Below are positions 1 through 13,136 of a stretch of 64,000 nucleotides of DNA, piece by piece (position 1 is the stretch's first letter; each line of letters opens with the position of its first letter). Where the stretch lies: assembly GCA_951406725.2 (NCBI GenBank), contig OX597821.1:75082001-75146000 (forward strand), read 5' to 3'. The notes under the pieces were generated by a model, which did no database searches, had not been told where the DNA came from, and saw only the letters and a list, made by a program, of their open reading frames with translations. Source of the DNA: Octopus vulgaris (lineage: Eukaryota). The translations under genes and the position numbers were made by a program.

Positions 1-136
1 GGAGCCCTTGGGAATAGTGAGCAAAAATCTCGAGAAGTACGTAGAACAAATTGGGGCTGCAATAAGGGTGGAGCACTTGCAGAAAACAGCACGGCTTGGA
101 ACCGCTCGAATACACCGTAAGGTGCCTGAAAATTAA
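1..136 (+). mobile_element. 3' end of a Dong/R4-like (RLE) non-LTR retrotransposon ORF
   Basis: Frame 2 reads LGIVSKNLEKYVEQIGAAIRVEHLQKTARLGTARIHRKVPEN*, matching the R4/Dong C-terminal GALG...LQKTALLGTARILRKVL motif. A (TAA)n tract follows downstream. Confidence 0.8.
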
Positions 137-319
137 GAGATGTTAACCTGAAGGCATTGTCGATGTGTGCATATACTTGTCTGGTACTGATGTTGCAGTA
201 GCCATCTTCGACTTCTAATGTTACTTCATTCAGTAATGTAAGCCCGAACGAGTCGAGTTTCTGCTAGAAGCCTGCGAAATTTTAATAACACATGGAGTCA
301 AATCAAACTACATTGAAAA

Positions 320-352
320 ATAATGATAATAATAATAATAACAATAATAATG

Positions 353-431
<79 letters not shown>
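320..431 (+). repeat. (TAA)n microsatellite, the Dong-type target/tail
   Basis: Seen directly; lies between two Dong/R4-like fragments. Confidence 0.95.
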
Positions 432-2018
432 GGGGGGACGTTTCAGAAAGATACACCGGGGGACGTTTAAGATGTAAGAACGATAAAACAGAGCTCCGAA
501 CTCTATCCACAAACATCGAAGACAAGGACATCGTATGGAGCCAAAGATTTACTAACAAAGGATTGGACTGGACCCGAGTAAGTAATACTCATTGAAATTT
601 ATTACTATTTTCGAAACGAAATGATGTATTTTGACTCGATATCATCTCCGCCTCTAACACAACACATGTAAACATGCGTGGTACATTACGATCCATCAAC
701 ACCAGATCATCCCCGACCCCAAACTCCATGTACAAAGGAACTACGAAGAAATTAAATACCACCGATATTATTGAACCCAAGAATAACAATCGGGAGGTAC
801 GTACTTTAAACTTACAACACAAAATGTACGAAAAACTACACGTGCAAAACAATGTGACAACAGAAATGAACGGACCGGTACCCTACAAAAATGACGACCG
901 TCAAAATAATGGCCGGACGCTGTTCCTCATGTCCCGCAAATAAAACCCAAAAGACATAAATGGACACGTGAGGAGTACATTTCTATCCTACACGCATACT
1001 TCACAGCAGTGCTCTACCCAAAAAATGAAAACACAACAACACATACATATAAAATATGGAAGGAAAATAACATAAATATAGACTTGGATACAGCAATGAA
1101 CCCTAATAAACTAGCTAACGTACGAAGATACATTCTCAACGCAAACAAAATATCAGAAATAGAAATAGAACATCTAAAAGAAAAAATACACCAGGAAAAT
1201 GTAGATAGAAGCCACACAACAATGCCCAATAATATAAACACTGAAACAGTAAAACACGAAGACAAACGTAACATTCCAAACATACACGATGTAAACAAAA
1301 AACAACAAACCCAGACCGTAAGGATGCATAATAATACACGACAAACAGCAAGCCAAAACACAGCAAACAAACATATAAATAAGAAAGAAAGCGACACAAA
1401 TCTAAAACCTGGAAACAACGAAGGGGAGCCTAATGATTATGATAATATAAAAAGTAAAATAATCAAAGAACTGAAAACCACAGAGCTCAAAATGGACCAC
1501 CGACCATACCTCCCAAAAATCAAAATAGACGAAACAACAACACCAATTATAAACAGCATAAACCTAGCCGTTACGGAACTAATAGCCACTGAAACAAAAA
1601 ACGATATCACTGAGATAAATGACTTAGTATACGCAGCAGCCACTGCAGCCACAAAAGAAGCTGGATACTCACTCAAACCCATCCAAACAGGAGTACCGCC
1701 ACCCAAACAAACCCTGTGGATAAATAACATCCAAAACAAAATACAAAAAATGAGAAATGATCTGTCGATTCTTAATGAAATCAGTAGACAATCAACGCTA
1801 CTGAGCAACAAAAAGAAAACAAAAATACTCCGCAAATATAACATCACAGAAAAAGATTTGCCGGAGATAAAAGAAAAGCTGAAGCAAGATATCCTTGCCA
1901 AAGCACAAAGGATCCACCGGTACGAGAAACGCCAGTGCTTCTTTGAACAAAACAAAAAGTTCAACTCCAACCCCAAGAAGTTCTACCAAGAACTTGGCAA
2001 CAATAAAATACAAATAGT
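432..2018 (+). mobile_element. 5' portion of a Dong/R4-like non-LTR retrotransposon, truncated before the RT domain
   Basis: Starts right after (TAA)n. The frame of ORF 1009-2082 extends upstream to KRHKWTREEYISILHAYF and contains NKLANVRRYIL and WINNIQNKIQKMRNDLS...EKLKQDILAKAQRIHRYEKRQCFFEQNKKFNSNPKKFYQEL, typical of R4/Dong N-terminal regions. ORF 674-943 is probably the frameshifted N-terminus. Confidence 0.8.
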
Positions 2019-2490
2019 TAATTATGATTTTATTCAACATACAATTATTGCAAGGGTCATTCACATTTTCTATGCCATGTAAAGAACTCAGAGGTTTTGG
2101 CCTCCAACCACGCTGTTCGCACCTTAAAACCAGGAAATGTTTCACACCACCTCGTGTATATATGTGTGCGTGTGCGTGTGTGTGTGTCTTTCTTCATATG
2201 CCTATCCATGGTCTCATATTGACTACTGGGAAGTATCAGTCCTATGAGATATCACAGTCGGGATGAAATTCAGTGTAAGGAAATGGTGATAAACACAAAA
2301 GTGGCATATTCTATTTAATAGGTAGAAATCATTGTCTACCGTTGATATACACACACACTTATATATATATATGCCGTGTGGGCATGCGTTAGCGCATATA
2401 TGTATGCATGTAGGTGCATATAGTTAACGAGAAAAGGATAGAGGAGATATGGACAGAGAAATAGAGTGAGCGAAAGAGAGAAAAAGAAGG

Positions 2491-2526
<36 letters not shown>

Positions 2527-3664
2527 GTCTCTTGTGTACGTTTCTGTTTTTCCCAATTCGTGTTCTATTATTACTGACTTTGCGACAAAATAAATCAGAT
2601 TAAATTATTTTATACTGAGCTAAAAGAAAATTCCCAATTATATATATATATGTAGTTGTATACACATGTACTTAAGTATATATGCAATATATACATACAT
2701 ACATTCATGCATACATATATATATACACACATACATATACATATATACACACATATACATATATATATATATATACACATGCAAATATATATGTATAGAT
2801 AGATATGTATACAAACACACATACATGCAAATACATCCACACACATGCATACATAAAAGCTAGCATCTCCATATACGAGGAAAAGATAGACATGTAAGTT
2901 TAGAGAGAGAAAATATGAAAAAATTACCGAATTGCAAAATATTCATTTAGTGTCCAAAGCAATATAGTCGTGATATATAATTTGGTGACAGTATTCTAGA
3001 AATAAGAATTAAATAAGGTTTAATGTGTGCATATACTAGAGTAAATATTTTCTTAATATTAAATTCGACAGTACACTTTATTGCTTAATAATCTTATTCA
3101 ATTATTTATAACCTTAAGGCGTTATTTTTGTTGTGAAGTGTAAGACAGGGCGAAACAGAGAGAAAATACAATTAAAAAAGCAAAATAGAATTGAAGACGA
3201 AATAAATAAGTGAAGAAAATAAATATTTCTTGCTGAATATGACATATAATATATGGAAATATAATAATGATGGTTGGGTAAGATTAAGTTTTTATTCATC
3301 ATCATAGACGCACGTTGATATATATATATATATATACACACAGGCACGCGCGCATTTATCAACGATGGACATGTATATGCGATGATATCTGAATATGTAT
3401 GTTCAAGTGTGTGTGTTTGTGTGTGCGTGTGTGTTTGTGCATATGTATGTGTGTGCATGTGTGTGTTTATGCATATATGTACACAAAATCACACACACAC
3501 ACACACACTTATACAGTTACACGCGCACATACAAAGATGTACGTACACTCACACGTGCGCTCGCTCACTTACACACATACTCATACTCACGTATATATAT
3601 ATATATATATATATATACGTGTGTGTGTGTATGTGTGTGTGTGGATATATATATATATATATAT

Positions 3665-3718
<54 letters not shown>

Positions 3719-4366
3719 GTATTACGAATACCTATCCTTTTCATGTTAAGAATCACCATGTGTTATGATGTTCCATTCTAAAAATGTTCTTGTTGTTGCT
3801 GTTGTTGTTCTCGTTGTTATTGTTTCTGCTGCTTTTGCTGATGTTGGATGTGATGAGCAGATGTCTGTAGCAGGAATTGGATTTACCAAGTTTAATATGA
3901 TAGAAAGCAAGTTCTTTTTCTATGTCTTATTTTATCAAGAAAATTCTGCGTAATGTTTGAGTGATTATTTTGTTAAGTTGGGGCTGGAAATAAGTGACGG
4001 TATTGAGCAATTTTTATATTTTATATAATTTTGTAAACATATCTTTTTTATATTTCAAACTGGACAATAGTAGGGGAAAACGATAGAAGCTGATGGTCCC
4101 AAACGTGACAGCTCTGAATATACTTTCTAATTGTTTGAAGAAATTCTGGAAATTTTGAAATATACATAGAAAAGATAAACACCGAAAAGCAATGTGGAAT
4201 TTTTCAGACAGACTTAAGCAGCAATAGATCAAAATCTGAAACTATAGATGGATCAACAGTAATTGATAGTTTGCAAGCCTTGATAGTTAGAAAAGTACAC
4301 TGGACACAGCGAGGCTTCCTCTCACATCTAAAACATATAAGTAGTATACCATAACATATAAGTGTT

Positions 4367-4765
4367 ACTCTTTACTCTTTTACTTGTTTCAGTCATTTGA
4401 CTGTGGGCATGCTGGAGCATCGTCTTTAGTCAAGCAAATCGACCCCAGGACTTTTCTTTGTGAGCCTAGTACTTATTCTGTCGGTCTCTTTTGCCGAACG
4501 GCTAAGTTACGGGGATGCAAACATACCACGGTCGGTTGTCAAACGATGTTGGGGAGACAAACACAGACACGCATACATATATATATATATATACATATAT
4601 ACGAGGGGCTTCTTTCAGTTTCCACCTACGAAATCCACTCACAAAGCTTTGGTCGGCCTGAGGCTATAGTAGAAGACACTTGCCCAAGGTGCCACGCAAT
4701 GGGACTGAACCCGGAACAATGTGGCTGGTAAGCAAGCTACTTACCACACAGCCACTCCTGAGCCT
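4367..4765 (-). mobile_element. tRNA-derived SINE, family A (CORE-like domain, internal microsatellite)
   Basis: Minus strand reads GGAGTGGCTGTGTGGTAAG...GGTTCAGTCCCA...GGCACCTTGGGCAAGTG and ends in (GAGTAAA)-type repeats. Several copies in the window. Confidence 0.9.
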
Positions 4766-5349
4766 ATATGTTATGTCATTTTAGTCAATTATCTCATTTA
4801 AGGAAAGACAGTGAATAATCTAGCATAAATATGTTTTTTTCGAGAAATGAATGACTATCATCTGTAACGTATGATAATCTTTCGACGAAATATGTGTGGG
4901 CTCATAAGATGAAAACTAAAATACCGATAGGTGATATGGTGTAGACTATTCCTGGTCTTCGAAATCTTTTTTAATGAATAGTGGGATACAATATGAGAAA
5001 TTATTCCAATTAAAATGGATATTTTGTGGGGAGTAGAATAATGATTTTGTAAGAGTACTTACTATAGACACTGATTGGTGTGTGGTGAAATTGCCCTTGC
5101 ATTTTCAGCGGCATCGCGTCTGGAATTATGAGTTTGGTATTTAACAGCGAGAATAACACAAGAAACTATACGCTGATACATCATGCATTTTTACACTGGT
5201 AGGTGTCGCCAAATATGGAAAGATGAAACATAGGCTTTAGTGTATAGAATACTGGAATTTGCCATAGCAGGTGGGGGAGGTACTGAGAGCATAGCTAACA
5301 GGTAAAAACAAGGATATTTTTACAGACATAGAGATCATAATAACCATAT

Positions 5350-6200
5350 ACGAAAAAGGGGAGAGACCTTGCGCATTACATTAAATAAATGGCGACCCAG
5401 AGAAATATTTCGGCTTGATGCATTTCAACGGCAGTATTGTATGTATTCTAGCGTATTCAAATGGCGGATGGCTATGTCTTTAATGATAGCTAATGTTGAA
5501 AACAGCAATATTATCAGATATAACATTCTTCAGGAACGAATTGTGGATATCTTTAAAATCATTGAACTTCCACTTAAGAATAAAGTCCATTTTTTCGTAT
5601 CAATTTTCATTGCCATTGATGAAAGTACTGGCAGTTCTGAAGTAACGAAGCTTTGCATTTATATTAGAAGCTTGATGAAAATATGCATATGATAGAAGAA
5701 TTTATGGAAGTTGTACCGTTGTAAAGCAAAAAGATATCTCAAAGTTAGGTTGTCTCTTAACATAAATTAAACATAAAATCGGGAAAATGTTGCGTTTGAA
5801 TACAGATGGAACACTACAAATGTTAGGCAGGGAGTTATGTGTGGTGTTCAGGTTAATATCAAAATTGTAGGCTATAAAGATCACCATGTCTACGGAGTTC
5901 ACAGCATTTTATATTGCAATGTGTTATACTGTAAAACTTCCAAAATACATAGACTGCCATTGATATCGGGATAATACAGTAAATTTTATGTGTGCCTAAC
6001 TTCGCGTCTTCGATGATTTGGTCGACTTTTAAAAGGCCCCAGCAATGATTGTTGGCCGAGGCTATTGTTTTGAAATGCTTCTATGAAAATCAAAAGTTTT
6101 CCTGGTAATGAAAAGAAAATTCTGCCTTAGTCTGAAGCTGCTGAAAAGATTCATAAACTCGTTTCTATTGGTGAGTTTCTGGTCATTTGAATGTACGGAA
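5350..6200 (+). mobile_element. Degenerate hAT (Charlie/GTF2IRD2-like) transposase fragment
   Basis: ORF 5369-5692 contains FIAIDESTGSSEVTKLCIYIR (hAT motif FSLALDESTD...QLxxFIR). Downstream is TDGTLQMLGR (TDGAxxMxG motif). Boundaries are approximate. Confidence 0.7.
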
Positions 6201-6613
6201 TCTAAAATGCGTAGAAAACAATTAACTTTGTGTTTAGACGTTTGTCACGCATTGACACACTGCGAGACAGGCTAGAACAATTCTGAGTGCGGGTTCGGTT
6301 TAGTCTAAAACACATGCTTTTATCCCAGTAGCAAAATCTTTGTTGTCCAGTGTAATCTGAGTGTGTACTGCATCTTAGAGACGGAAGCGCCATCTCTAAA
6401 TTAATGATTTCGGTTACGTAATTCCTGTTGCGTCGCCATTTTAGAAAATTTATTATTACACTCAGCACTTCAGTAGCGATTTATTCTGAAGCATAACCAA
6501 ATAATATTCCAACAGCATGTTATTAGTATCGCTATGACTACGTCATACAAACACATTCGAAGTCACTGACAGCCTTTGCTATATGTCTGTATCTGTGTGT
6601 GTATGTGTGTGTG

Positions 6614-6647
<34 letters not shown>

Positions 6648-6875
6648 ATGTGTATGTCTATGCATTTGTCTGTATGTATATATATGTCTGTATGTATATA
6701 TATATATTATGGCTGCCCCCTCGTTATCGAGTATGGCCATTGCACGAAGTTTAACTGTTACTGGTGCTGTGATCGAATGTGACTTTTTGGCCCAGCTAAA
6801 GATCTACAATGTCTTGTACAGAATTGGCAACTAAAACCTTTACCGGTAATAGCCGGCTGTAGTTGTAACTGGGCT

Positions 6876-6964
6876 TATTTTATTTATTACACTATTGTAT
6901 GACTGAGCGCCCTCGCGTCGATTCGATTCGTTTCGTTTCGTTTCTTCTTCTCCAAGTAAGATTT
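6876..6964 (+). repeat. 89-bp direct repeat, copy 1
   Basis: Identical to 7694-7782 (TATTTTATTTATTACAC...CCAAGTAAGATTT). Confidence 0.95.
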
Positions 6965-7418
6965 TATATATAATTATGACGCGAAACTCTATAACTCTTT
7001 GCTTGACCTTCCCTTCTTTCCCTATCTCTCTCTCTCTCTCTCTCTCACTCCTCCTCATCTCTCTCACAGCCGCTTGTCTTCCTCTATCTCTCTCTCTCTC
7101 TCACTCCTCCTCATCTCTCTCACAGCCGGCCGACTACTTCCTTTCGCCTGCGGCCTCCTAACAGTAAACACACGGTCTTCTTGCGCTCTTAAGAATCTTT
7201 CCTCGTCTAGGCCAGAAAAGGCCCTCTTTGTTTTCTTGTTTGTTTTTATTTCTTGTATTGTATTTTTTTGTATTGTATTTTTATTTTGTATTTTATTTTG
7301 TATTTTTTTTTGTAATTTTTTTGTATCGTTTTTACGTCCTGTTTGTGTCACATTTTTTTCTTTCTTTGTTTTTACCCCTCTGCGAAGTATTTTTATTTAA
7401 TTCTTTCGCAGGAAGGGC

Positions 7419-7492
7419 TAGTTCGACGAGTCGTGTTCTGTCCTCACCTTCGAAACACGCTGGAGTTGAACTAAGGACAGCTGATGAAGGGG
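7419..7492 (+). ncRNA. Candidate non-circularly permuted hammerhead ribozyme (order: site, GAAA, CUGAUGA)
   Basis: Stem III CGTGT 7432-36 / ACACG 7455-59; site GUU ending at 7437; stem I CTGTCCT 7438-44 / AGGACAG 7474-80; GAAA 7452-55; CTGATGA 7481-87; stem II CCTT 7447-50 / AGGG 7488-91; extra helix TAGTTCGAC 7419-27 / GTTGAACTA 7465-73. Confidence 0.75.
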
Positions 7493-7693
7493 TTTTTCCT
7501 TGTGTAGTTTGTCTTGTACTCTGTTTTTTCGTTGTTAAAAAAAGGTCCGTTCCATGCTTGTTTTTACGTTTTCGTTTCTCGTTGAGGTCTACGTCTATTT
7601 GTGGTGTCCTGTACTCACGTATATATATTTATATATGCATGTTTATATACATGTAGATGTAGGTACGTACATATATGCATGTATGTATGCATA

Positions 7694-7781
7694 TATTTTA
7701 TTTATTACACTATTGTATGACTGAGCGCCCTCGCGTCGATTCGATTCGTTTCGTTTCGTTTCTTCTTCTCCAAGTAAGATT

Positions 7782-7782
<1 letters not shown>
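7694..7782 (+). repeat. 89-bp direct repeat, copy 2
   Basis: Identical to 6876-6964. Confidence 0.95.
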
Positions 7783-7878
<96 letters not shown>

Positions 7879-8135
7879 AATAGGGGTTATAGTATATATG
7901 CATGAATATGTTTATGTATGCATAAATCTGTAAGTTTGTATCTTTACCTTAACTAGAATAAAACAAAAAAAAAAAAGAGAAATCCTTCCAAAATTCGGTT
8001 AATATAATCTATTGTTTACTCTGTTTACCGCTAATGAATTCGTAAATAACTTACAGCTTCCACCGTTCGGTTGCCTGGCAAGAACACAACGAACGAATCT
8101 ACTACGACATCATAAATTGATAATTATTCACCATG

Positions 8136-8182
<47 letters not shown>

Positions 8183-8388
8183 GATTATTATTGCATTTTT
8201 TGGGTTCCTTCTTTATCAAGGAGTCTGTCAGTTATGCTTGATTTTTGACGTCCAACATGAATTTGATATCAGCTTCTGAACTAAGTAAGATATATAACTG
8301 ATGATTGGCTATCAGAAAACCGTATATCCTTAACTGTCACGACTGAAAACTAGAAACACCTTTCTCCTCATCCTTCTACCAATCATTT

Positions 8389-8434
<46 letters not shown>

Positions 8435-9385
8435 GCTGTCTTCCTCTTTCCTCTGTTGCCAGCTATCTCCCTATCAGTTTCTCCCACTCCCACCTCTCTC
8501 TATATCTCGTTCACGCCAAGTCTGTTTTAATCGACTTTACTGACCGACCGATATAGAAAGGACAGACTGACTGATAAAACTGACCGGCGACCGGCCAACT
8601 GACCTACCGAGAGACGCAAATAAAAAAAAGGAAACAAACATAAAAATAAATAACAATATGGCGGGTGAAAGATATTTCCTCCAACCATCTGCCTTCTTCC
8701 TCTTGCTTAGCTATCAAGGCTCGCTCATTACAAGCTGACCGCCCTAATTATAATGATGAATCATTCAGCGGAATGATGGCAGTTAAAGTGTCCATTTTGA
8801 AGGTAGGGTGCGGTGGGAGGGTAATGATTGACATATCCAAGTTGAAACTGTACAAAAAGGTCTATTTAGACGCCTGTTCTGAAAAGGGTCTTTCACGTGA
8901 CTCTACGAAGCCTGTCAATGTTTCAAGTGCTGTGTCAACTTGTTGTGGTTTAATGTTGCAGTTGATGTCGTTGTTTGTGTTGTTATTAGCGTTGGATCAA
9001 CGTATAAGGTTGACTCCCCCATTTCGGGGGGAACTCTCTCTCTCTCCGGTTGCTAGTTATTGTTATCTACATATTGATGTTCCTTGTTACTGTTAATCTC
9101 ACTCGTTTACTTAATCACATAAATATATTTCGTTTCTTCTCGCTTCTTTTTTTAATTTTTTTATTTTTGGTATGTATTTCGTTTCTCTGCTTTTTCCTAA
9201 CTTCTCCTAAGACAACAAAAGGCATATCCTCCGCATGCGAGGCCCCCGTGGCGAAAAACAATTCAACCCTGCCTCTCATCGTCGTTGTTGTTGCTGTTGT
9301 TGCTATTGTTATCATTCGGTCATAGGCGAACATTATTTCGAAACTGTGGCGTGTGCAATAAGCAGAGGAAAATCTCATCACATGA

Positions 9386-9387
<2 letters not shown>

Positions 9388-9474
<87 letters not shown>

Positions 9475-9795
9475 TTACTACTACTAATACTACTACTGCT
9501 GCTGCAGCTGGTACTAGTACTATCATCACCACCACCAGCACCACTACCATTACTACTACTATCACTACTACTTCTGATATTACCACTAATATTAACACCA
9601 CCACTAATACTACTACTTCTACCCCCCAACAACAACACTATTACTACTGCTACTACTACTACTACTACTACTATAATAATAATATTACTACCAACAACAC
9701 TACTACTACTTCTATCACCGCCACCACCACAATTACCACAACCACTACCACTAACTACAACTGCCTACACCACCACCACCACCCCACCCATCACT
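9388..9795 (+). repeat. (ACT)n/(ACC)n compound trinucleotide tract
   Basis: Seen directly; it explains the poly-T/L/V ORFs in the track. Confidence 0.9.
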
Positions 9796-9796
9796 A

Positions 9797-10033
9797 ATAC
9801 CTATTTTTTACTACCCACAAGAGGCTAAACACAGAGAGGACAAACAAAGACAGATACACGGATTTAGTCGATTATATCGACCCCCAGTCCGTAACTGGTA
9901 CTTATTTGATCGACCCCGAAAGGATGAAAGGCAAAGTCGACCTCGGCGGAATTTGAACTCAGAATGTAACGTTAGACGAAATACGGTTACGCATTTCGCC
10001 CGGGCGTGCTAACGTTTCTGCCAGCTCGCCGCC
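9797..10033 (-). mobile_element. tRNA-derived SINE, family B (Deu/Nin-like central domain)
   Basis: Minus strand reads GGCGGCGAGCTGGCAGAAACGTTAGCACG...GAGTTCAAATTCCGCCGAGGTCGACTTTGCCTTTCATCCTTTCGGGGTCGA. Confidence 0.9.
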
Positions 10034-10520
10034 ATTACTAATACCACCACCAACACCACCACCACCACCACCAACACCACCACCACCACCATCGTCGTCG
10101 ACAACTCAGAAGGGGAATTATTATTTCCAGATTTGCTTATTGTAACAGCTATTACTTTCCTGGGTAATATTTTGCCAGTGACCTGGGTTGTATTGTTGCT
10201 GTTCGTCTTGCTGGTGTTATAAGCATTTTCTTCATTCTTATTCGGTGCAAAAATATCGATTACTCTCCAGAAAACTACCAATAACACAATTACCCATCAC
10301 CACTAATTCTTCCAAATCTCCAAGCCTGCAAAAATAAAAAAAGAAAAGCAAGAAAATTTCAGAAAAATAAAACGGAAAACACACAAGAACACAACGTTCT
10401 ATATTCTTACTTGGAAAATGGTTCATAAAGTTGCCCAAAATAGCTGAGAATGTTGTCTTTTAATATACTCGGATATTCTTTTCGTTGCATAGATTCCGTT
10501 TTTTTTAATATATTTATATG

Positions 10521-10570
<50 letters not shown>

Positions 10571-10649
10571 TATATGTGTGTGTGTATATATGAATATATA
10601 AACATATATATATATATACACACACATATCTATACATACACACATTTAC

Positions 10650-10688
<39 letters not shown>

Positions 10689-10948
10689 TGTATACATACA
10701 CATCTATAATACACATTTTTACGTGTATGTATATATATATCTATATATATATAGGTGGGTATATAAACACACATCTATACATATACGTATTTACGTGTGT
10801 ATATATATATGTATCTATACATATACATATTTACGTGAGTGTATATATACATGTCTATGTGTGGTGTGTATGCACACGCGCACATATGCGTATATATATA
10901 TATATATATACACATACAGTAACATATTTATCTAAGCAATATATATAT

Positions 10949-10992
<44 letters not shown>

Positions 10993-11653
10993 AATTCGTA
11001 TATACACGCACACACAGAGGCACACAGATATATATGAATGTGTGTATGTATTTGCATTCATAGAATGCGAATTCTTATCTGACCCTCGTTAAAATTCTTG
11101 TTTGTTTTTGCCTTAGATATTGCTCTTTTTTTCCCCTCCTGTCAGTAGTTTTAAGTTCCTCCATATTATGATCAATGCTTGTGTTAAGAAAAATAAGAAA
11201 AAATAGCAATAAAAAAAGGAAAGAAAAAGTAATAACAAGCGTTCTATTGATGAAATTGTTCCTACACATTAAAAATGTGTGATAGAATTACAACACAAAT
11301 ATGAAAATAAAACAAACCGTTATCAATGAATATAAACAATTGAATTAAGTTATCTAAATGATCCGTTTTCAACTGAGATTAAGCAAGAAGCACATTTTCT
11401 AATGCTTTCAGTGGAGCAAGTGTTTTCCTTCAATCTTACTCGGCTTCCTTAAGAAAATGAAAAATTCTGCAAGACATTACCGTTTTGTCTATTGAATTGT
11501 CAGGGCATATTTCCCGATTCTGTGCTTCTTATATACAGAACAGAGAACATTGAAAGGCGGTTTTCAATATTTACTGAATGGCGTATGAAATTTGAAGTAG
11601 GAAATATATTTAGCTAACAGTGTGTATATGTATATGCACAAAGGCACACACAA

Positions 11654-11714
<61 letters not shown>

Positions 11715-12520
11715 CTTACTTTTGTATAGAGGAAAGTGTGTGTGCATATATATTATATATATATACACATATATATATGTATATGTATGTATGTAGAATA
11801 GATGCATGCATATAGACACCGAACAAAAAATACGTGCATACGCAATATTGCCATGGTAATGTCGCAGCCCTGTGATCGAAGGAATGAAAAAAGGTGAATA
11901 TATATACATCTACAATATATCTTGGAATTGGATCTCGAAGCACATATAAAGCTAGAAATAAAGCCGTAACTTTCGGTGTTGCTCTAAATTCCGTAGAAAT
12001 ATCTGTACAGATAATGTAAAAAGTAATAGCATGTTGAAAAAATTCTTTTGGATAGTTGCCAAATGCTATCGTGGGATTTGAACTCACGTCACGGCAAATC
12101 TTCGAATTACTTTCTCCATTCTTGAAACTTTTCTCTTGTCCGCGGGAATTGTATATTGTTGACATATGAGTGTATGAACTTTCGAGAGAATGTGGTATAT
12201 CTCATTTTGGAACAGGATCTCGAAATACATATCAAGCTTCAAATAACAACATTTAACTATTTGATTGAAAAATTCCCTTTGGATCGAAAAAGACGGAGGC
12301 TGTCGGTGGGACTGGAACCTACATCTCTTGCAGACATATCAAGCGCTCTACCCATGTACCAATATTTCTCTGCTGTTGCTTATAGCTTCCTATTTGCTTC
12401 GAGGTTAAATTCCAAATAAGAATAATTGTACGTTCTTTCAAAAGTTTATAAATTATTATGCTATCAGTAATATTTGTGTGTGCGCGCACGTGTGTATATA
12501 TGTAAACAATACAAAAAATT

Positions 12521-12870
12521 GTGAAGGCACATGACCAAGTGGTTAGTGAGCCGGGATCACAATCATGAAATAGTGAGTTCGATTTCCGGACCGGGCTGTG
12601 AGTTGTGTTCTTGAACAAGACACTTTACTTTCTGTTGCTCCACTTCACTCAGCTGCAAAAATGAATTGCGATGTTCCTGGTGCTAAGTCGTATTGGCCTT
12701 TCCCTTTCCCTTGGATAAAATCAGTGGCGTGGAGATGGGGGAGTCTGGTATGCATGGGTGACTGCTGGTCTTCCTTAAACAACCTTGCCTAGATTTTGTG
12801 CCTTGGAGGGGAACTTTATAGATAGGTGCAATCCCATGGTATTTCATTCCCGAAGGGGGTCTTTACTCTT
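12521..12870 (+). mobile_element. tRNA-derived SINE, family C
   Basis: A-box-like AAGTGGTTAG, B-box GAGTTCGATTTCC, then GTGTTCTTGAACAAGACACTT. Confidence 0.7.
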
Positions 12871-12896
12871 TTTACCCTAGAAATTTTTTTATCAGT

Positions 12897-13068
12897 GTAG
12901 GAGCGGCTGTGTGGTAAGTAAATTGCTTACCAACCACATGGTTCCGGGTTCAGTTCCACTGTGTGGCACCTTGGACAAGTGTCTTCTACTATAGCCTCGG
13001 GCCGACCAAAGCCTTGTGAGTGGATTTGGTAGACGGAAACTGAAAGAAGCCCGTCGTATATGTGTATG

Positions 13069-13136
<68 letters not shown>

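Noticed and set aside
432-674. HDV-like ribozyme in the Dong 5' leader
   Set aside because: I could not find P1/P2/P3 pairings by eye; it needs a descriptor search.
8290-8335. CTGATGA-TTGGCTATCA-GAAAACCGTA hammerhead-like string
   Set aside because: Stem I is out of register and stem III does not pair; at best a very decayed relic.
8665-9096. 143-aa ORF as a host gene
   Set aside because: GTG start, no recognisable domain and no clear splice context.
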